Notes under the pieces: generated by a model | Told to the model about the DNA's origin: nothing | Database searches by the model: none | Seen by the model: the letters and a program-made list of their open reading frames with translations, nothing else | Part shown: piece after piece, positions 1 to 15,831 of the stretch | How the letters are laid out: every line of letters begins with the position of its first letter | Position numbering within the stretch: position 1 is the stretch's first letter | Source of the DNA: the human T2T-CHM13v2.0 reference genome, Homo sapiens | DNA: 64,000 nucleotides | Assembly (NCBI RefSeq): GCF_009914755.1 | Contig: NC_060925.1 | Direction: 5' to 3' (one strand) | Made by a program: the position numbers and the translations under genes

Positions 1-122
1 TTTTTAGTAGAGACGGGGTTTCACCGTGTTAGCCAGGATGGTCTCGATCTCCTGACCTTGTGATCCACCCGCCTCGTCCTCCCAAAGTGCTGGGATTACA
101 GGCGTGAGCCACCGTGCCTGGC
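1..122 (-). mobile_element. Alu (AluY-like), truncated by the window start
   Basis: gttagccaggatggtctcgatctcctgacc...cccaaagtgctgggattacagg. Confidence 0.9.
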
Positions 123-637
123 CGCAAAATCTTATGTATTCGACGGTCACAGTCCTGTTCTTTCTCCCAGCCGAGGCTGGCCCCAGCCAAAATTCACTGA
201 TACTCCCTGTGGAGGGCACAGAATGTCAAAGGGGAATCAGAACAGGAGCAATTGGTTGAGTTTACAGAGAGAAATCTGGGGGTACAGCCTGCTGACGCTG
301 TTGACTCCTTGACTGGGCCAAGAGTCAATGGGTCTGCAGCCCCAGAGGTGAGGGCACATAGCTGCGTTGCACCCTGAGTTTTTCGTGCCATAGAGAGGAC
401 AGCATTGTGGTTAGCAATACCAACTTGGAATCAGACTGCCCGAGTTCTAAGCCTAGCTTGGCCAGTGACTCTCTGAATGACCTTGGGTGGGTCACTTAGT
501 TTCCCGGAACCTAAGTTTCCTCATTCAGAAAAATCAGCGTCATCGCCATCATCATTGTCATCATCTTGCCAAGTACTGTCCTGAGTCTTCTAGATGAATA
601 TTAAATCTTTTATTCCTCACCAAAAAAACACACACAC

Positions 638-946
638 GGCTGGGCGTGGTAGCTCACACCTGTAATCCCAGCACTTTGGGAGGCCAAGGCAGGCAGATCA
701 CTTGAGGTCAGGAGTTCGAGACCAGCCTACCTAAAATGGTGAAACCCCGTCTCTACTGAAAATAGAAAAATTAGCCTGGTATGGTGGTGGGCGCCTGTAA
801 TCCCAGCTACTCAGGAGGCTAAGACAGGAGAATCACTTGAACTCAGGAGGTGGAGGTTACAGCGAGCCGAGATGGCGCCACTGCACTCCAGCCTGGGCGA
901 CACAGCAAGAGTCCGTCTCAAAAAATAAAATAAAAATAAAAATAAA

Positions 947-978
<32 letters not shown>
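638..978 (+). mobile_element. AluS with (AAAAT)n tail and adjacent (CA)n, inserted in a MIR
   Basis: Alu dimer consensus; CA repeat at about 950-978. Confidence 0.9.
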
Positions 979-982
<4 letters not shown>

Positions 983-2117
983 TGAGGGTGTTCTTTTATC
1001 CTCAGGCGACAGAAGGGCACAGACAGGTAAACGAAGGCACCAAAGGCCCCACGGCTGGGACGGGGCAGAGCTGGGATTTGGACTTGGGTTACGTGGCACT
1101 CGTTAGCCTCACAACCTTCTGCCTTGGGAATAATGTCGTGGAGGTGAGCACCCCCGCTAGAGCTTTCCAGGTGGGATAATGCATGTAAATTGCAAAACAC
1201 AGGGCGTGGATCCGGTAGGCAGTGGGTGCCGGTTAGCTGTTTTCATCTCTATTGCTCCAGTTGGCAGCGGCTCTGGTAACTTGTGTTCAGGGGTGTGGGT
1301 CAAAATCCACTCATCCCTTTGGGGGCCATGAATAGATTCATTATCTTGATTGTGGTGATGGTGTCAGGGTGTCTACATACGTCAAAGCTTAGCTCATTGT
1401 GCATTTCAAATTACAGGCAGGTTATCCCATACCAGTGATATCTCAGTAAAGCTGTTTTTTAAAAATAAAGCAGAGGTCAACCAACAGAACAAAAAGAAAA
1501 ATCTATTTTGCCCACTGGGTTTGGCCAAGTGAGGGCCCCCTCCCATGGGATAGCACCCCTGTGACTGTTTTTCAGGCAGTGTTCTTTATGTTCACGTTCT
1601 AGCATGAAAGGGAGCTTGGGAAAAGGGGTGGGGGACGGGCATTGCCTTCGGGTCATCAGCTTACCCATTCCTTGTCTCTCAGCTCAGGATCACCATGAAA
1701 CCTCTTACCCCCACTCCCTGCAGTTGGATACTCTTCCCCAGGTGTGCCGTAAAATGTCCCTGCCTGCTGTACCCCTCTCTTAGGTGGAGACCTGGGTTCA
1801 GCCTCTGTCCCCAGGTGTCACTCACAGTGTCCCCTGCCCACATACACACACCTGTTCAGCTCCAGGGGCTGCAGGCTGCATAGGTCCTGGCCTCTGCTGG
1901 GGGAAGCATAAAACCGGTCCTCCTTTGCACCTTCCTTCTCCAGGCTTTAAAGGACATTTCCTCTGATTGTCTTCTGTTCTTGGCACCGTGGAAGGTGCTG
2001 GGCATACCTAGGTCAAAGACAAAGTGAGGTGAACATACCTGGAGCCTCGTGCACTATCAGGGTGAGGAGGATAACATCAGACTGGCCAACCTCATGGTGC
2101 TGTCTGGATGAGAACGT

Positions 2118-2250
2118 CCTGTATTTCATAAACTCTAAAATGTGCACTTTTTGCATTTTAGCAGGTCTGAAACCATTGCACTCCCCTGTCACAGTTAGTT
2201 GGCAGTGTTCTTCCTTCCTAGGTGGCCCCTAGATTATTGGTGCATCTTAT
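2118..2250. mobile_element. TcMar-Tc2 (MER104/Kanga-like) DNA transposon fragment
   Basis: ctgtatttcataaactctaaaatgtgcacttttt ... ggtgcatctta resembles the recalled consensus ends. Confidence 0.5.
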
Positions 2251-3447
2251 CCCAGCCAGCTTCCAGAGCTGAGGACGCCCGCTGTGCAGAAGAGGCTGGT
2301 ACTGTGCAAATATCATTGCAGAGTGAAAGAATCTGGAGAAAGAATACTCCAGAGTCTGTGGGCATGGCTCTCAGCTTTGCTACTTTCTAGCTGTTACCAT
2401 CTTGGACAAGTGACCTTACCTCTCAGAACCTGAGTTGCCTCACCTGTGAACTGGGGACAATAGAGTTGACTTCTTCAGGGTGTTTTGAGAATCAAATGAG
2501 ATGATGTGTGTAAATCCCCTGGCACAGGGCCAGGCATGTAGCCGGAGTTTGGTCATTTTGTTTGCCGTCTTCAAGGAGATGAGATGGTGTCTCACTGAAG
2601 TCAGCCTCTGGTGAAACCAAGTCTGGGGTCAGAGGTGCTTCTGGCCTTGCCCTTTTTTATCGGATCTTGCTCCACCCCTAGCATTAAATGGGGGGTTCAA
2701 ATCCTGCCTTAAGCGCTCATTGACCAGGTGAGCAAGTCACTTATTAATAGATATCATGCCTCAGTTCCTAATCTGTAAAGTGGGTATAATAATAGTACCC
2801 ACCACCTGGCATGATTGTGAGGATTAATTGAATCTTGGCACTTCAAGCACACTCGTTGCTGGGCATGAACCAGGCACCTGAGAATCGACTTTTTATGATT
2901 GCCATTATTAAAGGTGATTATTCTTTTGAGCTGGTGATACAGAGGTAAATACGCCCAGGTTGCTATTTTGAGACCTCACAGCCTCATATCCATTGGGGAG
3001 GATAATATGCAAACCAAGCCCAGGCTGGGAATGAGGGGTGCCATGGCCGAACTTCATCCCAAAACACATGAGGGTCTCAGGCACAGAGACCTGCCACGTA
3101 TTTTACAGGGACACTTTGATTGCTTAAAATCATCCCTGGTTTTATTTGGAAAAAAAAACATGTTTTTAATCCATTCCACAGATTCTGCCTTTGCAGTTTG
3201 CTGGGCATGGACCCAGCCCCTAGGAGTCCAGTCTGACTCATTACAGACCACGTGCCAGTGTTTGCAAGGCAGTCACCGGGCAGGTGCCATCTGTCGATGC
3301 TGTGTGCACCCTGCTCCACACCTCCCCGAGACTGACCCTGCCAACTCTGTCCCATTTTCCCTGGGCTCCAGGTTAGCCAGAATTGTGCCCACCCCTTCCT
3401 GTTTTGTTTTGTTTTGTTTTTCTGAGTTTAAATTTTAACCTAAAGGG

Positions 3448-3748
3448 GGCCGGGTGCGGTGGCTCACACCTATCATCCCAGCACTTTGGGAGGCTGAGGC
3501 AGGTGGATCGCTTGAGGTCAGGGATGCGAAACCAGCCTGGCCAATGTGGCAAAACCCCATCTCTACTAAAAATATTTTAAAAATAACTAGACATAGTGGC
3601 ACACGCTTATAATCTGAGCTACTTGGGAGGCTGAGGCAGGAAGATCGCTTGAACCTGGGAAGCAGAGGTGGCAGGGAGGTGAGATCGTGCCACTGCACTC
3701 CAGCCTGCATGGCAGAGCGATACAACTCCGTCTCCAAAAAAAAAAAAA
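3448..3748 (+). mobile_element. Alu
   Basis: Alu consensus, poly(A), TSD ttttaacctaaaggg. Confidence 0.92.
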
Positions 3749-4499
3749 TTGTTTTAACCTAAAGGGCATTAGTGTTGGCATCTCAGCAGCAAGGAAACCA
3801 CTGCCTCCTGTATTGTTTCCTTTGTGATGGGACAGACATCTCAGCGGGCCGCAGTGGCACTTAACAGTTTTGTTTCCCGTGTGCCTTACCGCGACACTGG
3901 GCCCTGGGCAGATGTGCAGGCAGCTCTTAGGATGGCTGGAAACTTGAAGATCAGAACTCAGCTGGATCTGAGCCTTGAACCCTGGGACTGTGAGCTGTGT
4001 CAGAGACAGTTCCCACCCCCATGAGACCTGGGGTTCTGGGGTATTCTGCCAAACCCACTCACTGGCCAGCCCAGGGGCACCAGCAAACATAAAAACCAAA
4101 GGCCAAGCCCTTTAGCATTTACAAAACACTTTTGCATCCAGTATCTTGTTGAAGCAAAGGAGGATTCTCATGGCCAGGAGTAAGACTAGAGGTAGATGAC
4201 CCAGGCCTCTGGGCCAGGGGAGGTTTGAGCTAAATCTTTGCTAGGCTTAGGGAAGAGAGGAGCCCTCTCCTACCTGCAGAGGTTTGGTGGTCACCTAGCA
4301 GCTACCTTGCATGCAGCAGCAGCTTGTGAAGTTCTAATTGGATTGGACTGGATGGGAGCAAGAAAAGCCCGGGCCGGGCTGGTCCCTCCTGACAGCGAGC
4401 CGGGAAAAGGCAGGGTCTTTCTCCTATCTTTCCCGTCATCATATTTTATCCCATCCACAGGGCTGAGGCCCACGTGTCAGAGCGGAAGCAGGTGATCAA

Positions 4500-4718
4500 T
4501 CACTCATTCATGCCGCACATATTTACTGAATACCTACTATGTTCCAGACACTGTCCTAGGTGCCAGGGATACAGCAGTTGACAAAACAGATAATAAACCA
4601 GAGAAATAAGTAAAATGTATGATCTGGTAGTTGGTGCTAAGTGCTAAGGAGAAAAATAAAGCCAGGAAGAAGGGTGGGATGCGCCAAGGATTGCCATTTT
4701 AGAAAGTTCCAGGGAAGG
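4500..4718 (-). mobile_element. L2 3' fragment
   Basis: cattcat...atttactgaatacctactatgttccagacactg. Confidence 0.7.
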
Positions 4719-5228
<510 letters not shown>

Positions 5229-7664
5229 TTATGGGTATGATTAACCCCATTTATCACCAGTGAGCTGCAGAGGCAGGATTGGAACCCAGAACGGGCACTC
5301 CAAATCTGGCGAGGGTTTTTCATGAGCTAGGAATGTAATGTTGCCACTACCTTTGAGGTGCAGACATTACGGTCCCCAGTTTGGCACACTGCACTAGGCT
5401 GGGAGGTGTGGAGGGTGTGATTTGAGCCCAGGGCTCTCTCAGGCCTCTCTGTTTCCCAGGCTGGCCACATCTGGACCCAGGGAGCAGGAGGAGGTCCCAG
5501 GTGGGAGGCTCGGGCCGAGCTCTGGTGGGACGCAAGGTGGGCTTGGCCAGCCGACCCGTTGGGTAGTGGGAGCCCTCCCCTTCCTTCCCTTCCTGGTTTC
5601 TGCTCTGCCGGGCAGGTAGCTCACCTGCCCGCCTCCATAACAGATGATTAGCAGGCCCGGCAAAGTGGGTATCTCCACAGCGGAGGAGACTGGGAACAGC
5701 GCACTCCTCATTTCCAGCATATGCCTGCTTGCTAACAAACCTGAATGCCACCGCCCATTTCACTTCTCGGCTTTGATTTGCATAAGGAGTTTTTTCCTGA
5801 TAGAGTTATCAGTTCATAGCATCTCCCATGTGCAAAAGCCTTGAGCCCCCATCAGCACAGGAAGGGAGCCGTGCCGTCACCCAGCCTTGGCACAGAGGCG
5901 GCCCCTGCGAGTGGGACTGGTCAGCTGCGGAGTCTCTTGCCAAGTTCTGGAGCAGAAAAATCACCTCCTTCTTCCTTCCCTTTTAAATGAAATAACTGTT
6001 TTGGCCTTGAGGCCTGCTGAGGCTCCTGGAGGCCTTGTTTGTCTTGAACTCGTGGCCTGCGGAAGTGGGTAGCTGCTCCCCCTGGAAGCTCAGCCCGAAG
6101 CTTATCTCCATGAGCCCAGCGCTTGGGCCACACCTCACCCATCCAGACGGCACCACCTCGGAGTCCAGGCCTCGGCTGTAAGTCTGAAGCCCAGGCTGCC
6201 AGAGTCGTGGAGGAAAGAGTTTTCCCAAGTGGATGAGTGGCCAGAAGTGGCAGGTGTTACAGTGGATCCTGCTGGACTCTGCAGGTCTCAGGCGAGCCTG
6301 AGAGTAGTCGGCCTTGCTGCTCACTGGCAGGCTGACCAAGGCAAGTCATTTAACCCCTCTGAGCCTTACTTTCTCATTCATCAGATGGGAACACTGGTAC
6401 TCAGTAGGTTGTGTGAGGTGAGTGAGACAGCTATGATGAGGACCGGGAATGCCCTGCCGGGTTTCCAGAGCACTTCACTGTTTGCAGAGCTCTTCGCAGA
6501 GGTCATTTCATGTGACCCTTTAAACCCCTCTGGAACAGGCAGGTTCAAAGGCCAGAGGTTATGTGACCTGCACAGGTGCCACAGGGCTTCTAGCCCTGGT
6601 ATCTGGCTCTAAGTCTAAGGCTCTTTCTAGCTTGTCCCGTCTGCCTTCCAAGTTCAAGGTCTGTGTAAGGCACTGTTACTATCCTGAGAGTCAGCCCAGG
6701 TTTCTCAATGGTCCCTGTGGGCCCAGGAGCCCTGGGCAGAGGCGGCAAAGTCATAAGAGGAGCGGCAAGGCTGAGGTCCCATTCCCCTGCCAGCCACAGT
6801 CCTCAAGGCCTCTCCTGCATCCTCATCACTTAGTGCTGTTTGTTTGGGCTGTAAGTAGCTCAGTTCCTGTTATTCCCCCCTGGACAATCAGGCAGGAAAT
6901 TCTTCACTTTGGTTTCCTTAAGAGGTCACATACTTTTCTCTCTTGCAGAAGTAAATAAAGCCCGTGTGCTGAGTTGGCAGTTTTGCACACGAGCCCGCCC
7001 GCTGGGGTGAGCCAGCAGCCCCCTTCCCTCCAGCCTTAGCTAGCCCTACCCAGGGGGCCCAAGGGCACCAGGAAATTCGGGCAGCCTACTGCCCGGGCAC
7101 TGACTCCCCAGGTGGCATCCTGGGCACGTCCTGCAAAGACAGGAAGATTTTTAAAGCACGCCCAGGGTTAGAGCCTGGGATAATGTGCCTTGAGGAGACT
7201 GTGCCTGTTCACAGAAGCAGCAGTCACATTCCCCTCCCGCACCCAGAATCCCGACAGAAGAGAGGGAGGGCGCCATGTGACAGTGTGCTTATGGAGAACT
7301 CAGGTATGCGCCATCCCAGCTCCCAGAGCACGCTGAGCACCAGGAAGGCCAGGAGGGTTGCCTGGGAACAGGCAGACCCAGAGTCACAACGCCAAGCACC
7401 TTTGCACACATGGCACCCCTTGCTCAGGCTGGGGAAACGTGCTTCCACAGCTGCAATGAGCCCAGTCCTCTTGCTAAGCCCACAGCAGTTGAGAGATGTG
7501 TTGGGAGAGGCTGCTTTGAGCACCCATGCAGACGGGACAGCTGTCAGCTCCATAGCAAAGGAAGAGAGCGAGGACAAGGCTACAGAACTTGGCCAAGACT
7601 CAAGCTCCACCATTTGGACCACTGGGCAGAGGCATAAAATGTCTTCTGCTAGCCTTGGTGGCAT

Positions 7665-8860
<1,196 letters not shown>

Positions 8861-10582
8861 ATAATGAGTTACTGCCTCCACTTTCATTACTCCATTTTAA
8901 AAGCTTCCATCATCAGGAAATGGTTCAAGCAATACATTTATTGAGTTTCATGCTTAAATAGGCTCAACTATTTAGAAAAGTCAGATAACCCAAATGATGT
9001 GTTCACCAAGATAGCCAAGGGTGTTAAGAAAATGTAGATATTAACGTGTTAATAAACAGAGTACACCCACTGGCTCAGTCTTTGGAGGCAGATCGGAGTT
9101 TGATTCCTACTTTGCTAATGAGAAGACTGAGCCCCAGAGGCTGGGACCTACCCTGCTTATGTAGCCAGTTAGGGTAAGAGCCCAGGTGCTGCACCCAAAA
9201 GCAAGGGCAGAGGTAAAGTGATCATATGCTCTTGTTATCTCTAAATCCCAGGGCTCCTGGCTGGATTGAATAAGCTGTCCCCTCTTTTGCTTCCAAAATG
9301 CTCAGGGGTCTGGCAAGATCCCAGCTCCGAAGGCACAGGATGCCAGTCACCAGAACGTGCAGCCTTGAGAGGTGGTTGTTTGCACTTCTGCCCATTTCTC
9401 AGAAATTTGGGAGAGGCCCTCTTCCCAGAGGACTTTCCAGGGATCCAGCCAGCTCATGCTCTCTCTCTGACTCCCCCTCCCCCAACCCCAAATACTCATA
9501 TTCTCATGGCCTGTGTTACCTACTTATTGCATTGATTACTGCTAAAGACTTGAAGTGTTTTTGTTTCTGTGCTAGCAGGGTGCCAAGTCACCAAACTTAA
9601 AGCCGGTGATAAAGTTTGCCCGGATGAATGAGAGAATGAACAAAAGCATAGACCTTACTCTCTTCCATTTGTATTTAGACCCTTCTTTCTGACCTTGCCA
9701 TAAATCCCTCGAGAGCAGGGAATCTTGTGTCCTCATGTAGCCAACACTGCGCACTCAGGGTTGGGGGCGGGGCACCACTTAGCATCTTTAGGACCAAAAA
9801 GAGGAAGGAGGAGTGGGAAGGCGGGTGGTGGACGCGGCCAGTCCAGAGCCTCCAAGCCCCCTCCTCTGTGTGAATGAGTTTGCTCCTCCCAGCACCTTCA
9901 GGGCTGCTGGAACTTGGAAGAGCCTTTCTGTACACCCCCCAGCCTCAGGCTGCATCTGTTCTTAGCTGCTGCTAGTAATAATGGCAGCTAACACCATGGG
10001 CACTCTTGCAGGTCCCTTGCATGTGGAGTAGCCTGTGAAGTAGGAGCTGCTACCATTCCTCGTTTTACAAATGAGGAAACAGAGGCCCAGAGAAATTAAG
10101 ACACTCTCCCAAAGTCACCCAGCTAGTGAGTAGAGAACACTCTACTCACACCCCAGGACTTGAACCTAGGTGGCCAGGTACAGAAAGCTATTCTTACCAC
10201 CTGCTCCAGTTTCCTGCTGGTAGAGAAAGGCCTCCCAGAAGAAACTTCCGCTGCCTCCCATGGGGACCTCTGGGGCCAATCCACAGGCTCCAGACCTCAG
10301 TGTTAGAAAAGTTATACCTAAAAGACCCAGTTAAGCCCAAATCTCCCATGGTGAGTAAGGATGGGGGGTTGGAGAACAGTTGGTACCTCACCGCTGGGTT
10401 GATGCAACGCCCCACACCTGGAGGCAGAAAAAGTCTCCCTGGCTTTTTGCCCTAAAGCTAGACAACCCCAGTTTCTTCCAGGCCCTCAATGCAGGGCACA
10501 GCATAGGAATCAAGGAGATAAGAAGACACACACACAACGTAGATCCTCTTGAAAACCTCTGCACAGAAAATAATGGGATCAT

Positions 10583-10876
10583 GGCCCGGCGTGGTTGCTC
10601 ACGCCTGTAATCCCAGCACTTTAGGAGGCTGAGGCGGGTGGATCACTTGAGGCCAGGAGTTTGAGACCAACCTGTCCAACATGGCAAAACCCTGTCTCTA
10701 CTAAAAATACAAAAATTAGCCGGGCGTGGTGGTGCACACCTGTAGTCCCAGCTACTCAGGAGGCAGAGGTATGAGAATCACTTGAACTGGGGAGGCAGAG
10801 GTTGCAGTGAGTTGAAATCACACCACTTAACTCCAGCCTCGGCAACAGAAAGAGACTGTCTCAAAAAAAAGAAAAG
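10583..10876 (+). mobile_element. AluS
   Basis: Alu consensus and A tail. Confidence 0.92.
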
Positions 10877-11154
10877 AATGGGAAGCGTCAAGCTCACTCC
10901 CTCCCAACCCAAGGCACCAGGCGTGGTCCCAGCGTGTACCCAGAGGCTCAGCCAGGTTCCCAGCTGGGAACAGTTCTTCCTGACCTTCAGTTTAGCTAAG
11001 CTCAGGCAATGCTGAATTGAGTGTGGCTCCCCAGACACGCCAGGTTTCCACAGGTGTCCATGGATTTGCAATAGGGCCTCCCTGCTGTAGACTCCTCTGC
11101 CTTCTGGCCTCTGCACCTGTACACGCCTCCACTGTGGTCACTTTCAGTGCTTCC

Positions 11155-11870
11155 GCAAATATTTATTGAGCACCTTCTGTATGCCAGACCCTCATTTTAG
11201 CACTGTGGGAATAGCAGGAAACAAAATAGGAGGCAAACTACTCACCCCCGTTTCGTTTATATTCGAGTGGGGGAGGGGGAAGCTAGACAGTAAACAGGTA
11301 AATGCAAAACAGATGATGTCAGATGAAAAAAGAGCATAAGAAAAAAATGAAGTATGGAAGGAAAATAGCACTGAGGGATCTGGCAATGTGACAGTTTTAG
11401 AGATGGCGGAACCGGGCCAGGCGCGGTGGCTCATGCCTGTAATCCAAGCGCTTTGGGAGGCCAAAGTGGGCGGATCACTTGAGGTTAGGAGTTCATGACC
11501 AGCCTGGCCAACAAGGTGAAACCCCGTCTCTATTAAAAAAATATAAAAATTAGCTGGGCTTGGTGGTGGGCGCCTGTAGTTCCAGCTACTCAGAGGCTGA
11601 GGCGGGAGAATCGCTTGAGCCTGGGAGGCGGAGGTTGAATGAGCTGAGATCGCACCATTGCACTCCAACCTGGGCGAAAGAGCAAGACTCCATCTCAAAA
11701 AAAAAAAGAGAGAGAGATGGGAGAACAGTACAGCTACTCCAAAAAGCTGATCAGGTGACTGAGGAGCTGAAGGAGGCAGGAGAGTGAGCCACGTGCATGG
11801 GATTGGGGTGAGGTGGGGCAGGGGCATTTCAGGCAGAGTGGATGGGAAGTGCAAAGGCCCCGTGGCATGC
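11155..11870 (-). mobile_element. L2 fragment interrupted by a + strand Alu (11415-11708)
   Basis: atatttattgagcacc L2 end; Alu with TSD agagatgg. Confidence 0.7.
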
Positions 11871-12675
11871 TAGAGAAATCGTTGCTCTGCAGTTCGGAAA
11901 TTCTTTGCTTGCCTGTCTCTCCATTTACTCAGGAAGGATGCTTAAGTGAACCCATGGCCGAGAGCCTCACAGAACTGGAGCTCATTCCGGAGGAGGGTTT
12001 TGTCTTAGGCTGAGCAGAAACTAAGAACCGAGTTTGCTCTCTGGTCCAAGAAAAGGGCTGAAATTCTGCCCTTGGTCCTTCTGAATGAGTCTCGAATCCT
12101 TCAGGCCACCTCTACCCAGGTACCCCCAGAGCCATCCACACCTGCAGGATTCTGGGAGGCAGGGAGAGTTTGTCTAAGAATCAGAAATCTGTGATTTAGA
12201 CCTCTGATTCATTTGTGAGGAAGTGACTTTTACTTTCTGAGCCTCAGTTTCTGCATCTATGAAGGGAGCCCATAGGTTCCCACCCTGCCCACCTTGCAGG
12301 GTGCTTCTAAGATTGGCAAATGTTTTCTCAACCACAGTGCTCCACGGCGGAGGCTGGGTATGGTTATCATTGCTGCTCCTGTTGGTTTTTTGTATAATTC
12401 TGTCACCTTCTTCAGTGTCAGACCCTCTCCAGACCTAGTGGTCCCCAGATTAACCCTTCAAGCTCTGCTGGATGAGCCTCTCGTGGCACGGCATTTCCAG
12501 CGCGTTGGAAAAGCGCCCTAAAACCCTGCTCCGGGCTTCTTGTGTGGGAGAGCATTTGCTGGCACCCATGGAACTCTGCCATCTGTCACTGTCCAGAAAG
12601 CCTTCCTCCCGGGAAGAATCTTGGCACATACCTCTTGCTTAGAGCTAAGGAAGGGCAGTTAGCTGAAAGCTGCAG

Positions 12676-12777
12676 GCAATTCTAAAGGGATGGTCAGGCA
12701 GTCAGCTTGTGGGGCTGAGGCCATCTGCAATTCTAAAGGGATGGTCAGGCAGTCAGCGTGTGGGGCTGAGGCCACCT
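12676..12777. repeat. 51-bp tandem duplication (2 copies, 2 mismatches)
   Basis: gcaattctaaagggatggtcaggcagtcagc... starts at 12676 and again at 12727. Confidence 0.95.
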
Positions 12778-13057
12778 GTCCCGCCTTCCGTGCCCTCACC
12801 CTGCCTGGCACTGGCCCAGTTGTTTTCTCGGGTCATGAGAAATAAGCCTCTGGAGGCTGACGCTTCTCTACTGTGGGACCTTGGCTGCATGACTTCCCCT
12901 CTCTGTGCCTCAATTGTCCCTTCTATAAAATGGGAATCATAGTAGTTAATAATTATAGCACCTTCTTCAGAGGATTAATAATATATAAAGTTTTAGAACA
13001 CTTCTGACACATAGTATGAACTAAAGACTGCTTTTTTCAAGTTTATAAGAACTTTAA

Positions 13058-13393
<336 letters not shown>

Positions 13394-13895
13394 ATAAAAA
13401 CTGATGTTTTTAAACATGGTTTAAAAACAAAGCTCACGGCCAGTTGCCCGATGCTCTGTGCGGCTGGAGCTGTCTCTCGGGTGAAGAGTGGTCCTGAGGT
13501 GGCCCTCTGTGGCAGCTGGCACGGTTGAGCTGCAGGGATCTGGGGCTTCCCTCCCTCCTCCAGTGGGACCTTCTAAGGACAAACCGTCAGCATGGGCAGG
13601 TCTAGGACCTGAGTCAGGCTGGTCACCCCTTTCTGGGTCTGCTCCACAGGTCCTTCTATATTTTAAGGGTTTCCTGGTGACCACCATCCCTTCTGGTGGG
13701 CACAGTCCCCCTTGGACCCATTGCCTCGTCTTTGCTGCTGCTATCCCACTCCAAGCCACTGTCTTGCTTCCTGAGCAGCAGCAAAACCCTGACCGGCCTA
13801 CCTGTGTCCACCTGTCCCCAAGTCCCCAATCCAGTCTCCGCAAGGCAGACACTGTGATCGGAGGGCAGGGCGCCCCCACTTAACCCCGTCCCTGC

Positions 13896-14597
<702 letters not shown>

Positions 14598-14958
14598 AAG
14601 TGGCTTCCCACTTCCCTGCAGGGAAACCCAGGCTCATCTGCACAAGGCCCCTCCCTGGCCTTCGCTTCTAGAAAATACTGAGCTCTTTGCTGCCTCAGGG
14701 CCTTTGCACTTGCCCTTCCCTCTGCCGGAACATTCTTCCTCTCGGCATGTATGGCAGCTTCTCCATCCTTCAGGCCTCACACAGGTCTTCACAGACCACG
14801 CCACCGGCGGCCCAGGATTCCGTTTGTTTACTTCTCAGCACTGACCTCAGTGTGTATTTAAATAATTGCATTTAAATAATAATTAAACATGTGTCATGTG
14901 CTTGTTTGTCTTCCTTGCTCCAACATAGTATCCATGGGAATAAAGACCTTATCTGTCT

Positions 14959-15249
14959 GGTTGGGCGCCGTGGCTTATGCCTGTAATCGCAGCACTTTGG
15001 GAGGCTGAGGCGGGCGGATCACCTGAGGTCAGGAGTTCAAGACCAGCCTGGCCAATATGGTAAAACCCTGTCTCTACTGAAAATACAAAAATTAGCCAGG
15101 CTTGGTGGCTCGCACCTGTAATCCCAGTCAATCAGGAGGCTGAGGCACGAGAATTGCTTGAACCCAGGAGACAGAGGTTACAGTGAGCCGAGATCACACC
15201 ACTGCACTCCAGCTTGCGCAACAGAGCGAGATTCAGTCTCAAAAAAAAA
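14959..15249 (+). mobile_element. AluS
   Basis: TSD aaagaccttatctgtct. Confidence 0.92.
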
Positions 15250-15457
15250 GACCTTATCTGTCTTATTTACCCAGACTCCTCAGCTGCAGCTCAGTGCCTG
15301 AGCAAGTTTTTGTTGAATAAACATAAACCCTTCTATTAATAAGGCCGTGGCTAAGTCCTATTTATCTTGTTCTTGACCTAGGAGATGATAGGTTGTCTTG
15401 CAGATAGTTTTGCAGATACTGTGGTCTTAGTTTTGTACGACTGAATTTAAAGCCTTA

Positions 15458-15831
<374 letters not shown>

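Noticed and set aside
5771-5785. Overlapping TCF (CTTTGAT) and octamer (ATTTGCAT) motifs
   Set aside because: A single short match is expected by chance in 64 kb, and the Sox half-site is absent
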